Source of the DNA: Polaribacter sp.
GTDB taxonomy: Bacteria; Bacteroidota; Bacteroidia; Flavobacteriales; Flavobacteriaceae
Assembly: GCA_965659055.1 (NCBI GenBank)
Contig: CBFHUV010000001.1
Span: 2,715 to 66,714, forward strand
Length of the DNA: 64,000 bases
Direction: 5' to 3'
This document shows positions 19,065 through 27,322 of the stretch, piece after piece. Made by a program: the position numbers and the translations under genes. Every line of letters begins with the position of its first letter. The first letter of the stretch is position 1. Under the pieces are notes generated by a model. The model ran no database searches and was not told where the DNA came from. It worked only from the letters and a program-made list of their open reading frames with translations.

Positions 19065-19103
19065 CAAATTTTTAAAGTCAGTGAAAATTAGTAACTTCGT
19101 TTT

Positions 19104-19805
19104 ATGACAGCACAGCAAAAATCCTCGGCCCAACTTATTTATTTAATTTTGGCCTCTCTTTTTATAGCCTCTTTGGTAACCTCTAACCTAATTTTTCAAA
19201 AATTTTTTTATTGGTATCCCTTCGACATTACTATTTTTGATGTCAAATTATTTGAAATTTCTGTTGGATTATTGCCCTACCCAATTACCTTTTTAATTAC
19301 AGATATTTTATCTGAAATATATGGTAAGAAAAAAGCGAACCAAGTGGTTATCGCCGGTATTTTTGCTTCTTTTTTCTCTTTGTTGATTATTTATGTATCG
19401 AAATCGGTACCTGCGACACCTTGGTCTCAGATAAATGACAACACTTTTATCCAAGTTTTTGGAGCAGCTCCACTTGCTGTTTTTGCCTCTATGTTGGCGT
19501 ATTTATCTGCCCAATTTATTGACATCAGGGTCTACCACTTTTGGAAAAACTTCACCAAAGGAAAGCATCTTTGGTTGCGAAATAATTTCTCTACGTTTAG
19601 CTCACAATTTATTGACACCATTTGTGTCTTAGTGTTGCTGTGCTCATTTGGAATTATTGCTTGGGATAAATTTACAGGGCTATTAATTAGTGGTGTAATC
19701 TTTAAAATGGGAATCGCCTTATTAGATACCCCACTACTCTATCTCGCAGTCTATGCTTTTCGCAAAAAGTTCAATTTAAAAATGGGTGAAGAAATTCTAG
19801 ATTAA
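19104..19805 (+). CDS. yhhQ: queuosine-precursor transporter (YhhQ/VUT family membrane protein)
   Basis: 233 aa polytopic protein. N-terminal region (LASLFIASLVTSNLIFQKFF) and overall pattern resemble the YhhQ family, recognised from memory. Confidence 0.65.
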   Translation: MTAQQKSSAQLIYLILASLFIASLVTSNLIFQKFFYWYPFDITIFDVKLFEISVGLLPYPITFLITDILSEIYGKKKANQVVIAGIFASFFSLLIIYVSKSVPATPWSQINDNTFIQVFGAAPLAVFASMLAYLSAQFIDIRVYHFWKNFTKGKHLWLRNNFSTFSSQFIDTICVLVLLCSFGIIAWDKFTGLLISGVIFKMGIALLDTPLLYLAVYAFRKKFNLKMGEEILD

Positions 19806-19959
19806 ATTTAATAAATCTTGTAAACTATCCTTTTTAAAGCCGTCTAAGAAATCAAATCAACGGCATTAACTATAAAAAATCAGCTTTTCTTAGGGAAATT
19901 ACAGCTGTTTTCAAACTTAGAAATTGTACCTTTATTGCTTAAAATTACACCTATATAAT

Positions 19960-20295
19960 ATGTCAAAACCTTATTATGATTCGGCCGATTTACGAAAGTT
20001 TGGAAACATAACAGACTGGAGTGAAGAACTTGGGAAAAAATTTTTTGATTACTATACAAAAGTTTTTGAAGAAGGCGCATTATCAACACGTGAAAAGAGT
20101 TTAATCGCTTTGGCAGTTGCACATACAGAACAATGCCCCTATTGCATAGATGCCTACACAAAAGATGGATTAGAGCGAGGCATCACAAAAGAAGAAATGA
20201 TGGAAGCCGTTCACGTTGGTGCGGCAATACGAAGTGGAGCAACATTGGTTCATGGAGTGCAGATGATGAACAAAGTAAATAAATTAGAAATGTAA
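19960..20295 (+). CDS. AhpD/carboxymuconolactone-decarboxylase-like protein (arsenosugar-biosynthesis-associated peroxidase-like type)
   Basis: 111 aa from MSKPYYDSADL, with CxxC motif EQCPYCIDAY. First gene of the arsS cluster. The track start at 19924 is probably too long. Confidence 0.7.
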   Translation: MSKPYYDSADLRKFGNITDWSEELGKKFFDYYTKVFEEGALSTREKSLIALAVAHTEQCPYCIDAYTKDGLERGITKEEMMEAVHVGAAIRSGATLVHGVQMMNKVNKLEM

Positions 20296-20338
20296 GTAGA
20301 GAACCTATTTTGTTTTTACAAAATTGTGTGAATCGGTT

Positions 20339-20427
20339 ATACTTGTAATCGCAAGTATTTCAAGAAAAATGTCTTCTCGAGCGCAGTCGAGAGATTTTAT
20401 TAGGTCTCGACTGCGCTCGACCTGACA
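20339..20427. repeat. palindromic intergenic element with a perfect GC-rich 16-bp hairpin, same family as 15364-15469
   Basis: Small hairpin atacttg-N6-caagtat (20339-20358). Then tcgagcgcagtcgaga (20377-20392), a 12-nt loop, and tctcgactgcgctcga (20405-20420). Flanked by aaaatgtc ... ctgaca, as in the other element. Confidence 0.7.
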
Positions 20428-20438
20428 CAAATAAAAGC

Positions 20439-21491
20439 ATGGCAACAAAATCTCTAAAAGCAAGAAACAATAGTTTGGCAAATACCCAACGTCAATTAGA
20501 AATTCTATCTAGTGGAATTTTTAAGGATGAATTGCCGAGTTTTGCCCAAAAAATAAAAGAATCAAACCAATTTCCTCTCAAGCCAAAAAAGCTCGAAATT
20601 CTTCAAATTAACTTGGGCTATATGTGCAACCAGGTATGCGCTCATTGCCATGTAGATGCAGGTCCTGACAGGAAAGAAATCATGACTATTGAAAGCATGC
20701 AACTTTGTTTAGATCTTCTTAAAAAAACAACTGTGCATACCTTAGACCTTACAGGAGGTGCTCCAGAAATGCATCCAAATTTTAGATGGTTTGTAGAAGA
20801 AGCCTGTAAACTGGGGATTCAGGATGTAATTGTGCGTTCTAATTTAACCATATTGAGAGCCAATAAAAAATATTACGATTTACCTACATTTTTTAAAAGA
20901 CATAAGATTCATATTATTAGTTCCATGCCTCATTGGACAAGAGGAAAAACAGACAAACAACGAGGAGAAGGAGTTTTTGATACATCTATTGAAGCACTCC
21001 GAGAATTGAATAAAGTTGGTTACGGAATGCCTGGAAGCGAACTTAAATTAGATTTGGTTTACAATCCTTCAGGAGCTTTTTTACCAGGAAATCAAAGTGC
21101 TCTAGAAGCTGATTTTAAGAAGGCTTTTCAGGATGATTTTGACATCCATTTTCATTCACTTTTTGCCATTACCAACTTGCCAATTAGTCGATTTTTAGAT
21201 TATTTGATCGCCTCAGAAAACTATGAAGATTATATGGTTGCCTTGGTCGATGCTTATAATCCCGAAGCTGTGAGCAACGTAATGTGCACCAACACCCTAT
21301 CAATTAGTTGGGATGGTTACCTATACGATTGTGATTTTAATCAAATGCTTCAATTAAAAGTGGATAGTAAGGCTCAGCATATTTCTGAATATAATATAAG
21401 TCTCTTGGAAAATAGAGAAATTAGAATTCATCAACATTGCTATGGATGCACCGCAGGTGCGGGAAGTAGTTGTCAAGGAGTCGTCGCTTAA
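20439..21491 (+). CDS. arsS: radical SAM / Cys-rich-domain protein, arsenosugar biosynthesis ArsS type
   Basis: 350 aa with radical SAM CxxxCxxC (CNQVCAHC) and a C-terminal Cys-rich tail HQHCYGCTAGAGSSCQG. Confidence 0.75.
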   Translation: MATKSLKARNNSLANTQRQLEILSSGIFKDELPSFAQKIKESNQFPLKPKKLEILQINLGYMCNQVCAHCHVDAGPDRKEIMTIESMQLCLDLLKKTTVHTLDLTGGAPEMHPNFRWFVEEACKLGIQDVIVRSNLTILRANKKYYDLPTFFKRHKIHIISSMPHWTRGKTDKQRGEGVFDTSIEALRELNKVGYGMPGSELKLDLVYNPSGAFLPGNQSALEADFKKAFQDDFDIHFHSLFAITNLPISRFLDYLIASENYEDYMVALVDAYNPEAVSNVMCTNTLSISWDGYLYDCDFNQMLQLKVDSKAQHISEYNISLLENREIRIHQHCYGCTAGAGSSCQGVVA

Positions 21492-21493
21492 CT

Positions 21494-22114
21494 ATGAAGA
21501 AGAAACTCATTATCGTCTTTGTTAAAAACAGTATCATAGGAAAAGTCAAAACCCGTTTAGCGAAGGTTATTGGCAATAAAAAGGCTATCGTGGTGTATGA
21601 TCGGTTAGTTCAGTTAACCGAAAAAGCAGTAGCGCCTTTATCAATAGATAAACGAATTTATTATTCAGATTTTTGCGTGGAAGATCAGTTTGTCGATGCC
21701 GAAAAATACCTTCAAAAAGGAGCAGATCTTGGCCAAAAAATGCAAGCTGCATTTATGGAGGGTTTTAATGAAGGTTTTGAGCAAATTGTATTATTAGGAT
21801 CCGACTTGCCCGATATTTCGACTGCACTAGTGCAAAAAAGCTTCCACTTATTAGACACTCATAATTCAGTCTTTGGTACAGCAGAAGATGGAGGCTATTA
21901 TCTTGTTGGACTTGCAAAAATGAATCAAAGTATTTTTGAAAATAAACCATGGAGTCAATCAGAATTATTAGCAGTAACTTTACAACAATTGACAGCACAA
22001 CAAGAGCAGTTTGCCTTGCTAGAGCCCTTAAATGACATTGACACCTATGAAGATTTGATTGGTTCTAGCCTTTTTAAAAATGATAAAGATTTACAGGGAT
22101 TGATTATAAAATAA
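21494..22114 (+). CDS. DUF2064 / TIGR04282-type glycosyltransferase-like protein
   Basis: 206 aa from MKKKLIIVFVKN, with KVKTRLA motif and GSDLPD. Starts 2 nt after arsS. Confidence 0.65.
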   Translation: MKKKLIIVFVKNSIIGKVKTRLAKVIGNKKAIVVYDRLVQLTEKAVAPLSIDKRIYYSDFCVEDQFVDAEKYLQKGADLGQKMQAAFMEGFNEGFEQIVLLGSDLPDISTALVQKSFHLLDTHNSVFGTAEDGGYYLVGLAKMNQSIFENKPWSQSELLAVTLQQLTAQQEQFALLEPLNDIDTYEDLIGSSLFKNDKDLQGLIIK

Positions 22115-22120
22115 AAAATT

Positions 22121-22939
22121 ATGACAAAGCAAATACACTTAGAAGAAAGCGTATCCTATTTACAATCAAGAGGAATAAGCGCTCCAGAAATTGGAATTGT
22201 TCTTGGCACAGGGCTGGGGAAATTTGTTCATGAAATCGAAGTGGAAATAGAAATTCCCTATGCAGACATCCCGAATTTCCCGCAAGCTACTGTAGAATCG
22301 CATTCAGGTAAATTGGTGTATGGAACTATCGCTAATAAAAAAGTACTGGCCATGGCAGGTCGTTTTCATATGTATGAAGGCTATAATTTATGGGAAGTTA
22401 CTTACGGAATCCGAACTATGCATGCCTTAGGAATTAAAAACCTCTTAATTTCCAACGCTGCTGGAGCTATTAATTTGTCTTATAAAAAAGGAGATTTAAT
22501 GCTTTTGGAAGACCATATTAATTTGCAAGGAAATTCGCCTTTAGCCTTTAAAAAGGCAGGTGTATTTGGCACAATTTTTGCAGATATGTTAGCGCCCTAT
22601 TCAGCAAAATTAAACAACAAAATTACTGCGATAGCGAGCGAAAAAAACATTGACTTACACACTGGGGTTTATGCTAGTGTTTTGGGTCCTCAACTAGAAA
22701 CAAGAGCAGAGTATCGGATGCTACAAATTTTAGAGGTAGATGCAGTTGGAATGAGCACAGTGCCTGAAGTTATTGTTGCCAAACAATTAGACTTGCCTTG
22801 TGCAGCAATTTCTGTCTTGACAGATGAATGCGATCCTAAGAATTTACAGGAAGTAAATATTGCAGAAATTATTGCGGTTGCTGAAAAAGCAGAACCAAAA
22901 TTAGTTACTATTTTTAAAGAATTGATAAGAACACTTTAA
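22121..22939 (+). CDS. purine nucleoside phosphorylase (PNP family I, trimeric type)
   Basis: 272 aa with GRFHMYEGY and VGMSTVPE motifs. Confidence 0.85.
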   Translation: MTKQIHLEESVSYLQSRGISAPEIGIVLGTGLGKFVHEIEVEIEIPYADIPNFPQATVESHSGKLVYGTIANKKVLAMAGRFHMYEGYNLWEVTYGIRTMHALGIKNLLISNAAGAINLSYKKGDLMLLEDHINLQGNSPLAFKKAGVFGTIFADMLAPYSAKLNNKITAIASEKNIDLHTGVYASVLGPQLETRAEYRMLQILEVDAVGMSTVPEVIVAKQLDLPCAAISVLTDECDPKNLQEVNIAEIIAVAEKAEPKLVTIFKELIRTL

Positions 22940-22986
22940 AATTTTCAGGGCTTTTATTTATAACAAAAGACCCATTTACAGCAACA

Positions 22987-23955
22987 ATGAGTTATTTAGA
23001 AACCACACATAATGTATATAAAGAAGCAGCATTAACACCAGATATTGGCCTTTGCTGCACTACCAATCCTATTTGGGAATTACCAGGGTTAAAAATCCCA
23101 AAGATCATGCAAGAAATGAACTATGGTTGCGGTTCTACTGTGCATGCAAGAGATTTATCAAACAACCCGAAAATGCTCTATGTTGGGGTTGGTGGAGGTA
23201 TGGAACTCTTGCAGTTTTCTTATTTTAACAGACAAGAAAGCGGGGTTATTGGTTTGGATTTAGTCGATGAAATGCTCGAAGCCTCTCGTAAAAATTTTAT
23301 AGAAGCAGAAAAAATGAATCCATGGTTCAAAAATGAGTTTGTAGATCTTCGAAAAGGGGATGCGATGAACCTACCAGTAGCAGACAATAGCATTGATGTG
23401 GCTGCCCAAAATTGCTTATTTAATATTTTTAAGAGTGATGATTTAAAACAAGCCATTTCTGAAATGTATCGAGTTCTAAAACCACATGGTCGTTTGGTGA
23501 TGAGTGACCCTGTTTGTGAGCAAGAGATGAATGAAGAGCTTAGAAATGACGCTCGACTAAGAGCCCTTTGCTTAAGCGGGAGTCTTTCAGTTGCAAATTA
23601 TGTAAAAGCCTTAACTGATGCTGGTTTTGGGACCATTGAAATTAGAGCAAGAAAGCCCTATAGAATCCTTGACCCAAAGAATTACCCAACCGACGAATTA
23701 ATCTATATAGAATCTATAGAAATAGCGGCTATAAAAGATCCTATGCCCGCTGATGGCCCTTGCGTTTTTACAGGAAAATCGGCTATTTATTATGGTGACG
23801 AAAACTATTTTGATGATGGTTTAGGGCATATTTTATATAAAAATCAGCCCCTAGCTATTTGTGATAAAACGGCTGCTGCCTTGCAGAGCCTGCAAAGAGA
23901 TGATGTGTATTTTTCCCCTTCTACTTTTCATTATGATGGAGGCGGGTGTTGTTAA
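22987..23955 (+). CDS. arsM: SAM-dependent methyltransferase, arsenite methyltransferase (ArsM)-like
   Basis: 322 aa with SAM motif I YVGVGGGMEL. Cys pairs at the N-terminus (GLCCTTN), in MNYGCGS and at the C-terminus (GGGCC). Confidence 0.65.
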   Translation: MSYLETTHNVYKEAALTPDIGLCCTTNPIWELPGLKIPKIMQEMNYGCGSTVHARDLSNNPKMLYVGVGGGMELLQFSYFNRQESGVIGLDLVDEMLEASRKNFIEAEKMNPWFKNEFVDLRKGDAMNLPVADNSIDVAAQNCLFNIFKSDDLKQAISEMYRVLKPHGRLVMSDPVCEQEMNEELRNDARLRALCLSGSLSVANYVKALTDAGFGTIEIRARKPYRILDPKNYPTDELIYIESIEIAAIKDPMPADGPCVFTGKSAIYYGDENYFDDGLGHILYKNQPLAICDKTAAALQSLQRDDVYFSPSTFHYDGGGCC

Positions 23956-23962
23956 ATTATAA

Positions 23963-24853
23963 ATGATGAACAAGTATTTAGATATTATTAAAAATTCCTA
24001 TTCTGATTATTGGAATTATATAAAGCAATCTGTTTTATTTGAACTGAATTGGGAAAATTATTTCTACGGACTTATTGCAATTTCGCTGGTCGTTTGGGCC
24101 TTAGAATTGGTATTCCCATGGCGTAAAAACCAAGCCATCTTTAGAAAAGATTTTTGGCTGGATACCTTTTATATGTTTTTCAATTTTTTCTTGTTAAACC
24201 TCATCGTTTTAATTGCTTTGTCCAATACGACAGAACAAATTGTGAATGATGTTTTGTCTATGGTAAACCTTTCCGTTTCGAGTTTTGAACTATTTGACAT
24301 CAAAAGTATGCCTTACTGGGCTCGAATTTTAATTTTCTTTGTAGTGATTGACTTTGTTCAGTGGTTTACCCATGTTACCTTGCACAAGTATCCTTTTTTA
24401 TGGAATTTTCATAAAGTTCATCACTCCGTAAAAGAAATGGGTTTTGCAGCACACCTGCGTTACCATTGGATGGAGCCGGTAGTATACAAGTCATTTAAAT
24501 ACATTCCATTGGCTATTATGGGAGGCTTTACAGCCCAAGACGTTGCTTTAGTGCATTTCTTTAATATTACCATTGGCCACTTAAACCATGCCAATATCGG
24601 ATGGGATTATGGTCCTTTCAAATATCTTTTAAACAACCCGAAAATGCATATTTGGCATCATGCTAAAGAACTGCCCGAAGAACGAAAAAATGGTGTAAAT
24701 TTTGGCATCACTTTAAGTTTGTGGGATTATCTATTTAAAACTAATTACATCCCTTTTAGTGGGCGGGATATTGAATTGGGTTTCAGTGATGAAGATGAAT
24801 TTCCAAGAGATTTTATAGGTCAAGAACTCTATCCTTTAAACAAAAAATCTTAG
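23963..24853 (+). CDS. sterol desaturase / fatty acid hydroxylase superfamily membrane protein
   Basis: 296 aa. His boxes THVTLH, HKVHHS and HIWHH. Starts 8 nt after the arsM-like gene. Confidence 0.8.
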   Translation: MMNKYLDIIKNSYSDYWNYIKQSVLFELNWENYFYGLIAISLVVWALELVFPWRKNQAIFRKDFWLDTFYMFFNFFLLNLIVLIALSNTTEQIVNDVLSMVNLSVSSFELFDIKSMPYWARILIFFVVIDFVQWFTHVTLHKYPFLWNFHKVHHSVKEMGFAAHLRYHWMEPVVYKSFKYIPLAIMGGFTAQDVALVHFFNITIGHLNHANIGWDYGPFKYLLNNPKMHIWHHAKELPEERKNGVNFGITLSLWDYLFKTNYIPFSGRDIELGFSDEDEFPRDFIGQELYPLNKKS

Positions 24854-25860
24854 GATTTTTTTTGCAGATACAACTGTTCTAAGAGTTTTTCTGTTGGTTT
24901 GTTTTGTGGGGTATACCGATTGTTATTTCTTCCTCCCGATCTTTCGTGTTCATGATACCATTTCCATAAAAACCCACCAGCAAACCATGGCTCTTTCCAA
25001 AATTGATTGTGAATAGCTTGCAAACCATTTTGCTGAGCTTCTATATTTACTTTTCCAGAAATTCGGTTAGACTCCCAAGGCTTATTTCCCGTATAATCAA
25101 TACTTCTGTATCCATATTCTGTAAACAAAACAGGCATTCTAAATTGTTTTTGCAATTGGGCAATCTGATTCTTATGAACTCTCCATCCTTTTTCAAAATC
25201 CAATACCGTAGGTGTTTGTTTGTCAGTTAATGGAAAATAAGCATCAATGCCAATAAAATCTAGATCTCCCCAAAACGGCACCCTTTTAAATTCATCCCAA
25301 TTGGCCGCATAAGTTAACTTTCCTGAGTAAATTTTTCTAATTTTTATAATTAATTGCTTCCAAAACGCAGGTCGAGCTACCACAAATTTCTCCAATTCGG
25401 TTCCAATACAGAATAGGGATGCTTTTGAAGACTCTGCAGCTAAAGCATAAGTTAAAATGAATTGTTCATACGAGTTTTCTAATAGTATCCATTCCTCTTC
25501 AGTTTGCATATCCATAGCTCCTGTAAAGATTCCTCGAGACAACCACAATTGAGGTTTCACCATCGTCTGGATATTTGCTTTTTTAAACTGACCAGCTTCG
25601 TATTCCACCCCTTGTTTGGTTTCTCCAAACCATTGTCTTTTTGAGTTAAAGACAATTTCTGGATGCTTGAGATCTCTAATAAAACCAAAGGGCATTAATG
25701 CAACATGAGAAGCATTGGTCTTTACAACTGGCCTTACATGAAGTTCGTTAATAGAATCTCGGGCAGCGACAAAACTAATGCCGTTTATTTTTTTTACTTG
25801 CTGGCTGCAACCTGCTTGCAAAACCAGCACTAAAAACAGTAAAATACCAGATTGTTTCAT
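24850..25860 (-). CDS. TIM-barrel glycoside hydrolase (clan GH-A-like) lipoprotein
   Basis: Starts MKQSGILLFLVLVLQAGCS (lipobox). Candidate acid/base GTELE and nucleophile FTEYGY. GH family not assignable by eye. Confidence 0.55.
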   Translation of the reverse strand: MKQSGILLFLVLVLQAGCSQQVKKINGISFVAARDSINELHVRPVVKTNASHVALMPFGFIRDLKHPEIVFNSKRQWFGETKQGVEYEAGQFKKANIQTMVKPQLWLSRGIFTGAMDMQTEEEWILLENSYEQFILTYALAAESSKASLFCIGTELEKFVVARPAFWKQLIIKIRKIYSGKLTYAANWDEFKRVPFWGDLDFIGIDAYFPLTDKQTPTVLDFEKGWRVHKNQIAQLQKQFRMPVLFTEYGYRSIDYTGNKPWESNRISGKVNIEAQQNGLQAIHNQFWKEPWFAGGFLWKWYHEHERSGGRNNNRYTPQNKPTEKLLEQLYLQKKS

Positions 25861-25962
25861 CAGCCCAAAGTACAAAAAAGGAACTAGTAATTCGCAAATT
25901 AAAACCGAAGTCCATATTGAATAATGAACTATTTGTAATCATTTTAAATTGATAACTCCTGT

Positions 25963-25970
25963 TAAGTTTG
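25963..25970 (+). promoter_or_regulatory. -7 promoter box TAAGTTTG for the oxidoreductase/polyferredoxin pair
   Basis: Exact TAnnTTTG match 39 nt upstream of the ATG at 26009. It lies inside the longer track ORF, which argues for the shorter start. Confidence 0.5.
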
Positions 25971-26008
25971 TAACTTTATCTGCGACTGACAAAGTAGCAT
26001 ATAAGACT

Positions 26009-27322
26009 ATGAAACACATCGTAATTATTGGAAACGGCATTGCAGGAATTACCGCAGCTAGACATATCAGAAAAAATTCTGACCATAAAATTACCGTTAT
26101 TTCTGGAGAGTCTGATGAGTTTTTCTCCAGGACAGCGCTTATGTATGTTTATATGGGTCATTTAAAATTTGAACACACCCAACCCTATGAATCTTGGTTT
26201 TGGGAAAAAAATAAGATTCAGTTAAAAAAAGCTTGGGTCTCTAAAGTTGACCCTAAAAATAAGAGTCTCCTTTTTTCTGACCATGGAACTATGACTTATG
26301 ACCAATTGGTTATTGCAACTGGCTCTGTTCCTAACAAATTCGGTTGGCCTGGCCAAGATCTTAAAGGAGTTATAGGCTTATATCACAAACAAGATTTAGA
26401 AAACCTAGAAGTGCTAGCTCCGAATAAGGAAGTCTGCAAAAGAGCGGTCATCGTTGGTGGTGGATTGATAGGAATAGAGCTGGCAGAAATGCTCCATAGC
26501 CGAAATATTCCTGTTACTTTTTTGGTTAGAGAAAAAAGTTTTTGGAATGGCGTATTGCCAGCTCAAGAATCTGAACTAATTAATAAAGAAATTAAAGAAA
26601 AACATATCGATTTAAGACTAGGTTCTAGTCTAAAGGAGATTATTTCTGATGAAAACGGTCGGGTAAAAAGCATAGTCATTGAAGAAACCGGAGAAATTAT
26701 AAACTGTAATCTTGTTGGCTTAACAGCTGGGGTTCGCCCAAATATTGATTTCTTAAAAGACGCTGGAATTACTATCAATAAAGGGGTGTTAGTAAATCGC
26801 TTTCTAGAAACCAATATAGAAGATATTTATGCTATTGGAGATTGTGCAGAACAGCAAGAAGTCATTGGAAATCGAAGAGCGGTAGAAGCAGTTTGGTACA
26901 CTGGTAGAATGATGGGTGAGGCCCTAGCACAAACTTTAACCAGAGCCAAAACACCATACAAACCAGGCCATTGGTTCAATTCGGCAAAGTTTTTTGATAT
27001 TGAATATCAAACCTATGGTTGGGTTTGGGCACAAACCAAAGAAAATGAAGCTCGGTTTTATTGGGAACACAGCAGTGGCAAAAAATGCCTGCATTTTAAT
27101 TACAACAAACAAAGCCTCGATTTTATAGGAGTCAACAGTTTTGGGATTCGATTACGTCATGAATATTTTGATAGAGCACTTTCCGAAAAACAATCGATAA
27201 CTCAAGTTTTGACTCATTTGAAAGCCGCGAATTTTGATCCAGAATTTTACGCAAAACACGAGGTAGAAATAATAGCACAATTCAACCGTGAAAACAAAAC
27301 CAATATTCAATTAAAGGGATGA
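26009..27322 (+). CDS. NAD(P)/FAD-dependent pyridine nucleotide-disulfide-family oxidoreductase
   Basis: Starts MKHIVIIGNGIAG. Second dinucleotide fold VVGGGLIGIE, and AIGDCAE. Confidence 0.8.
   Translation: MKHIVIIGNGIAGITAARHIRKNSDHKITVISGESDEFFSRTALMYVYMGHLKFEHTQPYESWFWEKNKIQLKKAWVSKVDPKNKSLLFSDHGTMTYDQLVIATGSVPNKFGWPGQDLKGVIGLYHKQDLENLEVLAPNKEVCKRAVIVGGGLIGIELAEMLHSRNIPVTFLVREKSFWNGVLPAQESELINKEIKEKHIDLRLGSSLKEIISDENGRVKSIVIEETGEIINCNLVGLTAGVRPNIDFLKDAGITINKGVLVNRFLETNIEDIYAIGDCAEQQEVIGNRRAVEAVWYTGRMMGEALAQTLTRAKTPYKPGHWFNSAKFFDIEYQTYGWVWAQTKENEARFYWEHSSGKKCLHFNYNKQSLDFIGVNSFGIRLRHEYFDRALSEKQSITQVLTHLKAANFDPEFYAKHEVEIIAQFNRENKTNIQLKG

Noticed and set aside
19027-19103. Expected a preQ1 riboswitch upstream of the YhhQ-type queuosine-precursor transporter.
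   Set aside because: The 77-nt leader shows no recognisable preQ1-type hairpin with an A-rich tail. Most of it is taken up by the divergent fabD promoter.
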